IMG/VR virus record: IMGVR_UViG_3300036830_000277
Coordinates: 1-60,531 of that record
Source of the DNA: a virus
Taxonomy: Duplodnaviria; Caudoviricetes
DNA: 60,531 nt
Direction: 5' to 3' (one strand)
Numbering within the stretch: position 1 is the stretch's first letter; each line of letters opens with the position of its first letter. Below, piece after piece: positions 10,085 through 19,825 of the stretch. A program made the translations under genes and the position numbers. The notes beneath the pieces were generated by a model that saw only the letters and a list, made by a program, of their open reading frames with translations, was not told the origin of the DNA and did not search any database.

Positions 10085-10719
10085 ACGCGATGGACGCCGA
10101 TGGCGTCACCCATGAGGTGGGATTCTGGAAGGGGTTCGTTCGCACGCCGCGGTTCCTCGAGGGCTGGCTGTCCCAGACGCCGACGCCGGAGCTGCGGTCG
10201 ATCGTGCGGGATTTCCTCCTGGCTCGGCCGGCGGCGGATGTGCTGGATGTCGGCTCCGGTGTCGTGAGCCTGCTGACGGGAACCGTGCCGGCCGATCGAC
10301 TCGTGGCGGCTGACCCGCTGAGCGGATTCTACGCCGAGATCTTCGACTACCGGGCGCACGACCAGACACCACCGCTGCCGATCGCGGCCGAGGATCTCGG
10401 GTTTGATGCGGCGTTCGATATCGTGCATATGAGCAACGCGCTGGATCACAGTCAGGACCCGGCCATGGCGCTCGATCGACTCCGCGCAGCGGCCCGGCCT
10501 GGTGGCTGGGTGATCGTGCAGGGGTTCGAAGACGAGTCCACCGCGATGGGTGGCGCCGGCATGCATCAATGGGATATCAGGCTCGACGGAAGCCAGCTCG
10601 TACTCGTCCAGCCCTCGTCAGGATCCCGCAGGGAGCTCGGCGCCGCGGACGAACACCATCTCGTCGTGCTGCCTGACGGACGGCGCTGGTTCATCTGGAT
10701 CCAGCAGGTACCGGCGTGA
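10075..10719 (+). CDS. Class I SAM-dependent methyltransferase
   Basis: VLDVGSG motif I, FDIVHMSNALDH, RPGGWV. Confidence 0.88.
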   Translation: MALNAMDADGVTHEVGFWKGFVRTPRFLEGWLSQTPTPELRSIVRDFLLARPAADVLDVGSGVVSLLTGTVPADRLVAADPLSGFYAEIFDYRAHDQTPPLPIAAEDLGFDAAFDIVHMSNALDHSQDPAMALDRLRAAARPGGWVIVQGFEDESTAMGGAGMHQWDIRLDGSQLVLVQPSSGSRRELGAADEHHLVVLPDGRRWFIWIQQVPA

Positions 10720-11150
10720 ACGCCCAGCAGATCTATCTCGACTGCGACGGCGTGCTGACGGACGGCACGCTGACGATCGATCACCGCGGCGAGAAGCTCT
10801 TCAAGCGGTTCCACACGCGGGACGTGCGCGCGATTCGCGAACTGGTGGCACGCGGATATACCGTGACGCTAGTCAGCGCGGATGATTGGGCGGGCCTGCC
10901 GCTCTTCGCCGAGAAGGTCGGCGCCGACGTGCTCATCCTGCGCGACAAGGGATCGTTGCCGCAGCCGTATATCGCCGTTGGCGATGACGCCTGGGATGTC
11001 TCGATGCTGGCGCGCGCCGAGCGCGCCTTCTGTCCGATCGATGCCGACGTATCGGTACTGGAGATCCCCAAGATCACGACGCTGTCCACGAAGGGCGGCG
11101 CCGGCGTCGTCGCCGAATTGGTGCGAGCACTGGTCGGTGCCGATGGCTAG
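10716..11150 (+). CDS. KdsC/YrbI-like HAD phosphatase
   Basis: DCDGVLTDG motif I, KRFHTRD, AVGDDAWD, GGAGVVAE. Confidence 0.88.
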   Translation: MNAQQIYLDCDGVLTDGTLTIDHRGEKLFKRFHTRDVRAIRELVARGYTVTLVSADDWAGLPLFAEKVGADVLILRDKGSLPQPYIAVGDDAWDVSMLARAERAFCPIDADVSVLEIPKITTLSTKGGAGVVAELVRALVGADG

Positions 11151-12135
11151 GATCGCGGTACTCGGACGCCGGCTGTCTGGCGTCGGCTCTGGCGCCCATC
11201 GGACGCATCTCGAGGTGGCCGGATTCCTCGCCGATCGCGGTCATCGGGTGACGTATGCTGCGCTCAGCGGCGGCTGGGAGACGCGATTCGGGGACCCGAT
11301 CGGCCTCGGCGCCGAGAGCGTACGTCGCGCGGTGGCCGGTGCCGACTGGGTGATGGTGCGCGACGAGACTCGGGTCGGAGAGCTACTGCCCTTTGTCGGC
11401 GAGCAGCGGCTGATGTTCTCGTGCCACTCGCCAGCCGGGCATCCGGCGTCGCTCGGCGTCCGGCTCCCGGCGCGCAGCGTGCTGGTCTGGGTGTCGACGG
11501 CGCTACAGCAGCAGGCGACGCACCGCTTCGGCGTCTACGACGGCGAGGCCGTGATCATCGAGGGCTGTCCGATCGATCAGGTGCGATTCCGCGTGTCGCC
11601 AGGCCGCAACGTGTCGTTGGTGAACCTCTCCCTCCGGAAGGGTGGCGGGGTGTTCTGGGCGCTCGCCGAGCGGATGCCAGACCTCTCATTCCTCGGCGTC
11701 ACCGGCTGGGGTAAGCAGATCCTGCGCGGTCGGCCGCCGGCGAACGTGCGCATCATGCCGCGCGTCACCGATTCGCGGGAGTTCTACCGAGAGACGCGGG
11801 TGCTGCTGCTACCGAGCGCCGAAACGTCGACGGTGGAGTGCAGCGAGTTGCCGCACTGGGGCGAGGCGTGGAACCGCGTGGGCGTCGAGGCCGCGATGAG
11901 CGGCATTCCGGCGATCGCGCACCCGGCGGTCGGGATCCGGGCATCGATGGGCGACACGCCGGTCTACGTCGATCGAGACGATCTCGACGGATGGGAGCGG
12001 GCGCTCCGACGGTTCGATGATCGCGAGTACTGGAACCTGCGATCGCACTATGCCACCAACCTGGGCGATCACGTCTCTGCCCGATGCGCCGACATCGTCC
12101 GGGCGTACGACGAGCTGATCAGGATGGCGGCATGA
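11143..12135 (+). CDS. Glycosyltransferase, GT-B (GT4-like)
   Basis: FLADRGHRV, VNLSLRKGG, FYRETRVLLLPS, EAWNRVGVEAAMSGIPAI. Confidence 0.88.
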   Translation: MARIAVLGRRLSGVGSGAHRTHLEVAGFLADRGHRVTYAALSGGWETRFGDPIGLGAESVRRAVAGADWVMVRDETRVGELLPFVGEQRLMFSCHSPAGHPASLGVRLPARSVLVWVSTALQQQATHRFGVYDGEAVIIEGCPIDQVRFRVSPGRNVSLVNLSLRKGGGVFWALAERMPDLSFLGVTGWGKQILRGRPPANVRIMPRVTDSREFYRETRVLLLPSAETSTVECSELPHWGEAWNRVGVEAAMSGIPAIAHPAVGIRASMGDTPVYVDRDDLDGWERALRRFDDREYWNLRSHYATNLGDHVSARCADIVRAYDELIRMAA

Positions 12136-12533
12136 CCCAGCGCATCGTGATGACGTCGGGCGTCTTCGACCTGCTCCACCGGGGCCATCTCAACCTGCTG
12201 CGCGCGAGCCGCGCTCTCGGTGATAAGCTGATCGTCGGCGTCGTCAGCGACGATGGCGCCGCAGCATACAAGCGACCGCCGATCCAGGACGAGCGGACGC
12301 GACTCGAGGTGATCCGGTCGCTCGTCGGCGTCGATTGCGCCCTGCTCCAATCGACCACTGACCCGACGCCGCTGGTCGAGCTGGTGCGGCCCGATGTCTT
12401 CACCCACGGCGACGACTGGGAGCGCCTCCTGCGGGGTCAGGAGACCTTGGAGCGGCTCGGCGTCGCCTTCGTCCGCCTGCCTTACACTCCCGGCATCTCC
12501 ACCAGCATGATCCGCGAACGGATCCACGCATGA
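12132..12533 (+). CDS. tagD: Glycerol-3-phosphate cytidylyltransferase-like (TagD family)
   Basis: TSGVFDLLHRGHLNLL (HxGH), LIVGVVSD, HGDDW, YTPGISTS. Confidence 0.9.
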   Translation: MTQRIVMTSGVFDLLHRGHLNLLRASRALGDKLIVGVVSDDGAAAYKRPPIQDERTRLEVIRSLVGVDCALLQSTTDPTPLVELVRPDVFTHGDDWERLLRGQETLERLGVAFVRLPYTPGISTSMIRERIHA

Positions 12534-13126
12534 TCGGCATTCTCAGGCTGCAATCCATCATCCCATCGCTCTCTCAGCTGAGTCCCGATGCCGTCATGGA
12601 CCTCGAGCGCCGCGCGGTCGCGTTCATCGAGAGCCAGACCGATCGGTATTTCGGCGTGCCGGAGTCGACGGTCGAATACCTGCAGGGAACCGACGGCCAC
12701 GCGCTTCGCCTCGCCGGCATCGCCGTCGAGCAGGACTCCGATGATGAGGTCACCGTCACGGAACGGTGCTGTCGCGGGACCGCGGCAGTTTCGCTGTCGT
12801 CGTCCGCCTTCGACGTGCGGCAGAATCGCTACGAGACGGTGCTGGTGCGCATCGATGGGCGGCGGTGGCGGCGCGGGACCGAATATGCGGCCACGTACTC
12901 GCGCGGCTACCGGCAGGACTGCGGTCCGGCCGACATCGAGCAGGCGATCATCGATCTGATCGCGCTTCGGGTCAACCTCCGCGGCAAGGAGGGGCTGTCG
13001 GGGGAAACGATCGGCGGCTACAGCTGGACGAAGTCCGCCACGTACAACTTCACCGATGGCGAGCTGCGCGCGGTCCCAGGACTGCTGTCGACGATCGGCG
13101 CCTGGAAGCGGCCGGTGATGGCGTGA
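12530..13126 (+). CDS. Head-tail connector/adaptor
   Basis: FIESQTDRYF, TYSRGY..PADIEQA, ETIGGYSWT; position. Confidence 0.75.
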   Translation: MIGILRLQSIIPSLSQLSPDAVMDLERRAVAFIESQTDRYFGVPESTVEYLQGTDGHALRLAGIAVEQDSDDEVTVTERCCRGTAAVSLSSSAFDVRQNRYETVLVRIDGRRWRRGTEYAATYSRGYRQDCGPADIEQAIIDLIALRVNLRGKEGLSGETIGGYSWTKSATYNFTDGELRAVPGLLSTIGAWKRPVMA

Positions 13127-13494
13127 GCGTCGACTCGCTCTGCGATCACCGAGCGGTGGTGTACCGCGCAACGACAGCTCAGGGGCGCGCCGGCGACATC
13201 ATCGAGTCATGGGCACCGCTCGATGCGCCCGCCGGTCTCAACGCTCGCGCGAATCTGGTGTGGCTCGCCGGGCACTTGGAGAACCCCGGACCGGGAGAGG
13301 TCCAGGCGAAGCGGCGGCAGTGGTTTCTTCTCCCGTCGTTCGACGTGAGGGAGCGCGACATTCTCCGCATCGTGAGCGGGCCGGAAGCGCCGTCCGTGCT
13401 GCGCGTCCTCGCGGTGAACCGCACGACGGCCGGGCCCGTTTTCCACCACTTCGAAGTCGAAGTCGATCCGTCGACGGTGGAGCTCGACGGATGA
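13123..13494 (+). CDS. Putative head closure/stopper protein
   Basis: GTGA-coupled ORF between connector and gp10-like gene; HHFEVEV end. Confidence 0.6.
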   Translation: MSVDSLCDHRAVVYRATTAQGRAGDIIESWAPLDAPAGLNARANLVWLAGHLENPGPGEVQAKRRQWFLLPSFDVRERDILRIVSGPEAPSVLRVLAVNRTTAGPVFHHFEVEVDPSTVELDG

Positions 13495-13910
13495 GCCTAC
13501 GCGTCGTCGTCATGGCGCCCGACAAGCTCGATCTGGCGGACGAGCTGCAGGACGAGTTCAAGGCCGAGGCCAAGGCCGCGGTGAAAGAGGGCGCACAACT
13601 GCTGCTCTCCGAGATCCAGCGACTGCTCCGGCTCCGATCCGGGCCAGCCGGCATGACGGCGCCAGAGGGGGAACCGCCGGAGAAGCACACGGCTGCACTG
13701 CTCGAATCGTTCCGCCTGTTGCCGCCGCGGGTCTCGGGTGCCGTCGCGTCGTCCGGCATCATCAGCCGCCATCCCGGCGCCAACCGGCAAGAGTTCGGGT
13801 ACACCGATATCCGAGGCGTCCGCACCCTGCCGCATCCCTTCCTTCGGCCGGCGATCGCCGCGACCGAGGGCAAGATGTCCGAACTCCTGACCGAACGGTT
13901 GGCGTCCTGA
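13491..13910 (+). CDS. HK97 gp10-like neck protein
   Basis: APEGEPP..T..L..S, QEFG....PHPFLRPA. Confidence 0.8.
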   Translation: MSLRVVVMAPDKLDLADELQDEFKAEAKAAVKEGAQLLLSEIQRLLRLRSGPAGMTAPEGEPPEKHTAALLESFRLLPPRVSGAVASSGIISRHPGANRQEFGYTDIRGVRTLPHPFLRPAIAATEGKMSELLTERLAS

Positions 13911-14323
13911 TGCGCTGGTGGCCACTGCTCGATCCGTGGATCGCACAGCTGCTCAACGATGCGCAGTTGGTGGCGCTGCTTGGCGCTTCGCGTATCTATC
14001 CCGCGCAGGCCTCGCGGCCGGTGACGATCCCGAGTGTCGAGTGGCAAACGGTCGCCGATGACGAGAGCGAATCGTTCAACGTCATCCGCATCCAACTCGA
14101 CTTCTGGGCGCGTGGCGTGGAAGCGGCGGGAGCGATCGAGCGTCGGCTGCGGACCGTGCTGCACCATGAGACGGCCTTCGAGCTCAACGGTGAACGGCTC
14201 TGGTCGCGATACATCGACTCGCGATCGATCGACTATCTGAATGAGCCGGGTGTGCTCCACCGGGCGCTCGATTTCGAACTGGAAGCAATCCGCGGGCGGT
14301 ACATCCCTGACGAGGAGTCCTGA
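13910..14323 (+). CDS. Tail terminator (DUF3168-like)
   Basis: LVALLGASRIYP, IQLDFW; precedes major tail gene. Confidence 0.7.
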   Translation: MRWWPLLDPWIAQLLNDAQLVALLGASRIYPAQASRPVTIPSVEWQTVADDESESFNVIRIQLDFWARGVEAAGAIERRLRTVLHHETAFELNGERLWSRYIDSRSIDYLNEPGVLHRALDFELEAIRGRYIPDEES

Positions 14324-15021
14324 TGCCTGATATCACGCTGCTGCCGATCTTCGCCCAGGACTACGACGTCGGGCGCATGGTGCTGCTCCTCGCCAACCCC
14401 GGGACGCCACCCGACGACTATCCGCAGTACTGGGACGGCACCGCGCCAATCAAGTTCGAGCACGGCGGCAATACCGAGGGCAAGGTCGCGCCAGCAGCGA
14501 ACACCGAGTTCTCCGACCTCACGCTGCCCGAGAACACCGGGCCGGCGATCATCAAGCGGTATGTCACCGGGCACAAGCCGACGTTCACCTTCGACACCTT
14601 CGCTGATCCGCGGCGTCTCAGGATCTTCACGCCAACCGGCAGCGCCTCAGGCGGTCAGGAGCGCCAGCGGCTCGCGAAGGCGCACACCGTCTGGCTCGCG
14701 CCGGAGCAGCTCTTCATCAAGCGCAACGCCGACGGGACGGAAGTCGCCGTCTCGCTGAACCTGAACGCCGGGACCTGGACGAAGGACGGCGATGCCTTCA
14801 CCGCCGAGGATCAGCGGCTGTTCGACCTCAGCACCTTCTTCTGGAAGGTGATGTTCGACCAGCTGATGATTCCGTACAGCCACGACAACGGCGGCAAGGC
14901 GAACGTCACGGTGACTGCAACCGTCATGGGCGACTTCACGAAGCCGGACGGCCACCAACTGTGGACGAACGGCCAGGATCTCGCGACCAGCGGGGTCGAC
15001 CTCGAGGGCGACGCGTCGTAA
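14323..15021 (+). CDS. Major tail protein
   Basis: GAGGAG RBS, G.TEG.V motif, position and size. Confidence 0.7.
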   Translation: MPDITLLPIFAQDYDVGRMVLLLANPGTPPDDYPQYWDGTAPIKFEHGGNTEGKVAPAANTEFSDLTLPENTGPAIIKRYVTGHKPTFTFDTFADPRRLRIFTPTGSASGGQERQRLAKAHTVWLAPEQLFIKRNADGTEVAVSLNLNAGTWTKDGDAFTAEDQRLFDLSTFFWKVMFDQLMIPYSHDNGGKANVTVTATVMGDFTKPDGHQLWTNGQDLATSGVDLEGDAS

Positions 15022-15710
15022 TGGTCGTCGCCCGGCTGATTCCGGCCGCGGAGCTTGAGGGGCAGCGCAAGGCGTACGTGAAGAAGATGACCAAGCGCAG
15101 CGGCCAACGGCCGCGATTGGTCAACGTCCAGGCGCTCCTCGAGATCGGCTGCAGTCGCGAACTGGAATGGAGTGGGCGGCGGTATCACGCGCCGCCACTC
15201 CCGTTCGATCTCGGCGTGCGCCTGCTGTCGCTGCAATCGGCCATCGCCGAACTGCGCGGCGCTCGTGGATCAGAAGAGCAGCTCGAAGCGAACCGGCGGC
15301 TCGCCACCCTGCTCCTTCACCGGGCCCTGCGGCCGCGCCACCTCCTGCGCCGTCTGTTCTGGCCAGTCTCCAGACCCTTCAAGTCCGACCACATCGAGCT
15401 GCTCGACGGTCTCATTACTTGGCTCCTCCACGTGCCGGATGCCGGAGCGCGCGGCGCGGAGCCGACGGGTGAACCGAAGCCGCTGGACATCGCGACCGAG
15501 CTCGCCCAGTTCGTGCACGAGATGCCGACGTGGTGCGATCGGCGTGGCCTGCCGCTCTCATGGGCCCACTTCGTTCTCGGCAACGCCTCGATCGCACGGA
15601 TGACACGTCGGCGCGATCTCCGGCTCGCCTCGGCATCAAGAATATCGCAGGCTGACGGGAAAGGGTTCAATCGCTGGCACAGCGAAACGGCCGCTGCGGG
15701 AGGATGGTGA
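15021..15710 (+). CDS. Putative tail assembly chaperone
   Basis: Lies between major tail and tape measure genes; ATG overlaps upstream TAA. Confidence 0.55.
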   Translation: MVVARLIPAAELEGQRKAYVKKMTKRSGQRPRLVNVQALLEIGCSRELEWSGRRYHAPPLPFDLGVRLLSLQSAIAELRGARGSEEQLEANRRLATLLLHRALRPRHLLRRLFWPVSRPFKSDHIELLDGLITWLLHVPDAGARGAEPTGEPKPLDIATELAQFVHEMPTWCDRRGLPLSWAHFVLGNASIARMTRRRDLRLASASRISQADGKGFNRWHSETAAAGGW

Positions 15711-15713
15711 GCC

Positions 15714-18239
15714 GTGGCCGATAGCATCATGCGCAGGATCCTCAAGGTCGTCTTCGACCGCGTCTCGGCGGATGACGCGAGCGCGCAGCTATCGGCGGCT
15801 GTCACCGATGCCGGCACGAAGGGTGGCGCCGGGTTCGTCAAGGAACTGCGCGCCGCGTTCGACAAGTCCGTCGCCGACCTCAAGGTCAAGCTGGCGCAGG
15901 GGCTGATCGATCCGGTCCAGTTCAAGGCGCAAGCCAGCGCGGCCGCGCAGCAATTCAATGTCGGCATCCTCGCCGGGATGGAGCAGGCGCGCGCCGCGGG
16001 GAACCTGACCGATTCGGAATACCTGAAGCTTTCTCGCACCCTGAAGACCGTCGGCACCACCGGCGAGGCGAGCGGCTCGCTGATCGCGTCGTCCTTTGCC
16101 AAGGCCGGCGCAGCCATCGCCGCATTCTTCGCGCTGCAGAAGATCGAATCGTTCTTCGCCTCGGCGATTCACGGCGCGGCCGACCAGGAAGCGGCCACTG
16201 GTCAGCTGGATGGGGTGCTCCGGAACCTCGGCACCACCTATCAGGCGATCGCGCCCGAAGCGAATACCTACCTCGATGCGCTGACCGAAACGACCCGGTT
16301 CACGCGCAGCGATGCGATTCAGGCGCTCGCGAATCTCATCACGATCACCGGAGACTACGGCAAGAGCCTCGGGCTGCTCTCGCTGACCGCGGATGTCGCG
16401 ACCAAGAAGCACGAAACGATGGCCGAGGCCGCCGACACCGTCGGTAAGGCGTCGCTGGGGCTGGCGAAGGGGCTCGGCGATCTCGGCATCCGCACCGGTC
16501 AGACCGGGGATCTGATTGGCGCGCTGCGCGCGAACCTCAGCGGCCTGGCGGAACAGGAAGGCCAGACCACCGCCGGCAAGCTCCAGACCCTCAACAACCT
16601 GTGGGACGAATTCAAGATCAAGGTGGGTCAGGCGATCATCGCCTCCCACGGCTTCCAGGACGGATCGTCGGGGCTGGCGGGCTCGCTGATCAAGATGAAC
16701 CAGTGGGTCAATGAGAACGCGAAGGATATCGGAGCGCTGATCGATATCACGCTTCGCGTGGCATCGGCCTTCGGCAGCGTCGCGGCCAAGATCGTCGGCT
16801 TCATCGACGGCGTGAATCACTTCATCGCGGCCAAGGACACGTTCTGGGCGCAGCTCGCCCAGGGCAACGGTCTTGCCGGTTCCGCCACCGTAGCATGGAT
16901 GCAGTTCACCCAGAAGACGACCGACGCGACCGTCTCGGGTCAGGCTGCGCAGACGTCGGCGGTAGCGACTGGCATTGCGACCCGCCGCACGCTGACGGCC
17001 GCTGAGCAGGCGGTCCTCTCGAAACTGATCGGCGACGGGTCCGGCGAACGGGTCGCGCTGACGGCGAAGGAAGCGGCGCTCGTCTCAGAGATCTACAAAG
17101 AGACTGGCGCCGGTCACCTGACGCTGACGAAGGAACAAGCCGACGCGGTTACCAAATATCGAAAGGACCGGGCTGCCGACGCCACGAAGGCGGCTGAGGA
17201 TTTCGAGAAGACCTTCACCCAGATCCAGGACGACGCCGAATCCGATCGGCTGAAGCGCCTCGATCAGGCGCAGCGCGAACGCATCGAACTGCTTGAGAAA
17301 TACAACAAGCTGATCGCGCAGATGGAGAAGGATGCCGGCGCGAAGCCGAGCGCGGCGCAGCAATCGCAGATCGATCAGGCGAAGCATCTCCGGGATATCG
17401 CGCTCGCGGCTCAGGAGACGGCGGCGACGCCGGAGACGAAGGACACCACGCTCGGAGCGCTCGCTCCGGTCGAGCCGGAGGACGTCAACGACATCGCCTT
17501 CCTGCAGCGGATCCAGCAGGAAACCGATCTGCTCGATGCCCGGACCGCGGCCCAGAAGCGCGGCACCGATGCGCTGGCCGACTTTGATCGTCAGCAGAAG
17601 ATCGCCAACGCCTATGACGAGCTGGTGCAGGATGCGTTGCGCAATCACGTAAAGATCACCACCGATCTGATCGACAAGCTCCATCGACTCGCGGTGGCGC
17701 AGGTCGACAACAACGACAAGACCAAGCATTTCACGCTCGCCCAGCAGGCTGCCACCGACATCTCGAAGCAGCTGCAGAAGGAAGTCGGCGATCTCGCGAT
17801 GGCATGGGCGGAAGGCGGCATCGCTGGGATCGGTGCCTACGCCCGCCAGCAAGCCCGTCTGATGTTCGCCCAGGCACTGAGCGCTGCAGCGCAGGGCCTC
17901 CTCGGCTCGCTCTTCGGCGATCCGACCGCACTGGCGAAGGGCGAGGCCGCTGCGGCTGGCTTTGCGGCCGCTGGCGTGGCCATGGCCGCGATCGGCGGCG
18001 GGATCAGCGGTCCCACCTCCTCATCCGGATCCGCGGGCACCTCTGGCGCGTCCAGTGCGACATCGGCCGCGACGTCGACCGAACCCGCGCAGCAGGACGT
18101 CAATATCTACCTCGAGGGACCCGGCTTTGACGCGCTGAATCCACGCGTTCAGGATGTCGTGTTCGGCGCGCAGCAGGTGGCGCGCGAGCGGTATGGTGAC
18201 AATGCGCGGATCCGCGTCATTCGCCAGGGGACGTCCTGA
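15714..18239 (+). CDS. Tape measure protein
   Basis: 841 aa, Ala/Gly-rich helical protein at canonical position. Confidence 0.9.
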   Translation: MADSIMRRILKVVFDRVSADDASAQLSAAVTDAGTKGGAGFVKELRAAFDKSVADLKVKLAQGLIDPVQFKAQASAAAQQFNVGILAGMEQARAAGNLTDSEYLKLSRTLKTVGTTGEASGSLIASSFAKAGAAIAAFFALQKIESFFASAIHGAADQEAATGQLDGVLRNLGTTYQAIAPEANTYLDALTETTRFTRSDAIQALANLITITGDYGKSLGLLSLTADVATKKHETMAEAADTVGKASLGLAKGLGDLGIRTGQTGDLIGALRANLSGLAEQEGQTTAGKLQTLNNLWDEFKIKVGQAIIASHGFQDGSSGLAGSLIKMNQWVNENAKDIGALIDITLRVASAFGSVAAKIVGFIDGVNHFIAAKDTFWAQLAQGNGLAGSATVAWMQFTQKTTDATVSGQAAQTSAVATGIATRRTLTAAEQAVLSKLIGDGSGERVALTAKEAALVSEIYKETGAGHLTLTKEQADAVTKYRKDRAADATKAAEDFEKTFTQIQDDAESDRLKRLDQAQRERIELLEKYNKLIAQMEKDAGAKPSAAQQSQIDQAKHLRDIALAAQETAATPETKDTTLGALAPVEPEDVNDIAFLQRIQQETDLLDARTAAQKRGTDALADFDRQQKIANAYDELVQDALRNHVKITTDLIDKLHRLAVAQVDNNDKTKHFTLAQQAATDISKQLQKEVGDLAMAWAEGGIAGIGAYARQQARLMFAQALSAAAQGLLGSLFGDPTALAKGEAAAAGFAAAGVAMAAIGGGISGPTSSSGSAGTSGASSATSAATSTEPAQQDVNIYLEGPGFDALNPRVQDVVFGAQQVARERYGDNARIRVIRQGTS

Positions 18240-18658
18240 TGCGGAGACGGCCGCGGTTCGAATACGGGGACGGGTTCTTCTTCGAGGCGAGCCTCACCGC
18301 GCTCGCCTGGACGCCCAAGGACATCACCACCGGCGGCCGCCGCATCGCCTCAGCAGGTTTGCCGGCGAGCTATGTGGTTCGACGGGACGCGGTGCTCGAC
18401 GTGCAGCTGCGCTTCACCGAAGACGAGTGGCCAGATCTGCTCGCCGTGATCGCTGCGGGCCAGTCCGACGCCGTGCTGACCTTTTATCCTGACGCCGAAG
18501 AGTCCACCACCTTCCAGGTCTATCTCGACGCGCCAGCTTCGGGAGACACGTTCCAGCCCGTGCGAGACTCTGCGTTCCCCCGCATGCTCACCGTGACGCT
18601 GACGCTGCGCGGCGTCTCCGGGACGCCGCCGTGGGTCGGCTACTTCGCCGATGACTGA
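18239..18658 (+). CDS. Putative distal tail protein
   Basis: Immediately after tape measure; beta-rich, 139 aa. Confidence 0.5.
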   Translation: MRRRPRFEYGDGFFFEASLTALAWTPKDITTGGRRIASAGLPASYVVRRDAVLDVQLRFTEDEWPDLLAVIAAGQSDAVLTFYPDAEESTTFQVYLDAPASGDTFQPVRDSAFPRMLTVTLTLRGVSGTPPWVGYFADD

Positions 18659-19049
18659 TCGCACGCTGCAGTTCGAGGCCGATTTCGAATCACCGACCCA
18701 CCACGTCGCGGGTACTTCGACGTCGCGACGTCCTGACGCGGTGTCGCCCGACTACCTCACCGCATGGTCCCTGGGTCCAGCGATTCTCGGGGATCCCGGA
18801 TCTGGCTACGACTCCCGCTGCTGGTATGCCGTCTTTCGCGACGGCGCGATCTACCTCGCAGTGGCCACAGCCGACAACAGCAAGTGGCAGGATGAGCAGT
18901 TCCTGACCGATATCGATGGCGAGCCTCCGGTCGAGATAAGCCTCGCCTTTACCACGTCCGGCTGGCCGGTCATCGCGATGGAGCGGAACACCGGCGCCGG
19001 CGGCTCACCAGAGGTCTGGCTCCTCTGGCGCGACCCTGTCTTTGCCTGA
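18651..19049 (+). CDS. Putative minor tail protein
   Basis: Coupled ORF in tail operon. Confidence 0.5.
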   Translation: MTDRTLQFEADFESPTHHVAGTSTSRRPDAVSPDYLTAWSLGPAILGDPGSGYDSRCWYAVFRDGAIYLAVATADNSKWQDEQFLTDIDGEPPVEISLAFTTSGWPVIAMERNTGAGGSPEVWLLWRDPVFA

Positions 19050-19058
19050 GGTGAACGC

Positions 19059-19451
19059 ATGAACGTGAATCTGAACGACGGACTCGCCAACGCGCTGCTC
19101 GACCGCTTCGATACGGAGTTCCCGGCCGGATCGGTTCTGGAGATTCGCACCGGTGCCGGCGCCGGCGCGAACAACCCCGCGGGCGGTGATCTCCTCGACG
19201 CCATCACCGCACCTGCCTCGCCGTGGGCCACGGCGGCCGACGGCACGAAGGTGATGACCGGCAACTGGAATGCGACGGCGACCGCAGGCGGCATCGCTGG
19301 CCACTTCCGGCTCCGCAATGCCGCCGATACCCGGCGTCTCGAGGGCGCGGTCAGCGATCTCGCGGGCGACGGCGCGCTCAAGCTCAGTGCGACCGCGATC
19401 CACATCGGCCAGCCCATCAACCTGAGCGGTTCCACGCTCAGCTTCGCCTAG
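19059..19451 (+). CDS. Virion structural protein (paralog of 28440-28826)
   Basis: NALLD...LEIRTG...LLDAIT...GIAGHFRL; GAGGTG RBS. Confidence 0.65.
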   Translation: MNVNLNDGLANALLDRFDTEFPAGSVLEIRTGAGAGANNPAGGDLLDAITAPASPWATAADGTKVMTGNWNATATAGGIAGHFRLRNAADTRRLEGAVSDLAGDGALKLSATAIHIGQPINLSGSTLSFA

Positions 19452-19459
19452 GAGATTCG

Positions 19460-19825
19460 ATGTCCACCACGCAGACGACGCTTCACCAGGTCAGCGCAGC
19501 CAACACGAATCGCGACGGTACCGGCACCATCGTCGACTGCTACGATGCCGGGAGCCTCGGGACCCTCATCACCAAGGTCCAGATGAAGGCCGTCGGGAGC
19601 ACCAGTGCCGGCATGCTTCGCATGTATCTCAGCGACGGCACGAACATCCGGCTCTATCAGGAGTTCCCGGTCGCATCGATCTCCCCCAGCGCGAGCGTCT
19701 CCGCCTTCGAGCGCACCTTCGTGCCGACGGACGGGATCTGGCTGCCGACGGGTTGGTCTCTGCAATTCTCGACGCACAACGCCGAGACGTACAACGTCGT
19801 CGTGACCGGCGAGGACGCCTCGTAA
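19460..19825 (+). CDS. Putative virion structural protein
   Basis: AGGAG RBS; ANTNRDGTGTIV; Ser/Thr-rich beta protein. Confidence 0.6.
   Translation: MSTTQTTLHQVSAANTNRDGTGTIVDCYDAGSLGTLITKVQMKAVGSTSAGMLRMYLSDGTNIRLYQEFPVASISPSASVSAFERTFVPTDGIWLPTGWSLQFSTHNAETYNVVVTGEDAS

Noticed and set aside
7759-12533. Cassette as host DNA contamination or a DNA hypermodification system
   Set aside because: It is overlap-coupled to phage head genes on both sides; no hydroxymethylase, TET/JBP or phage DNA polymerase genes were seen that would supply modified bases
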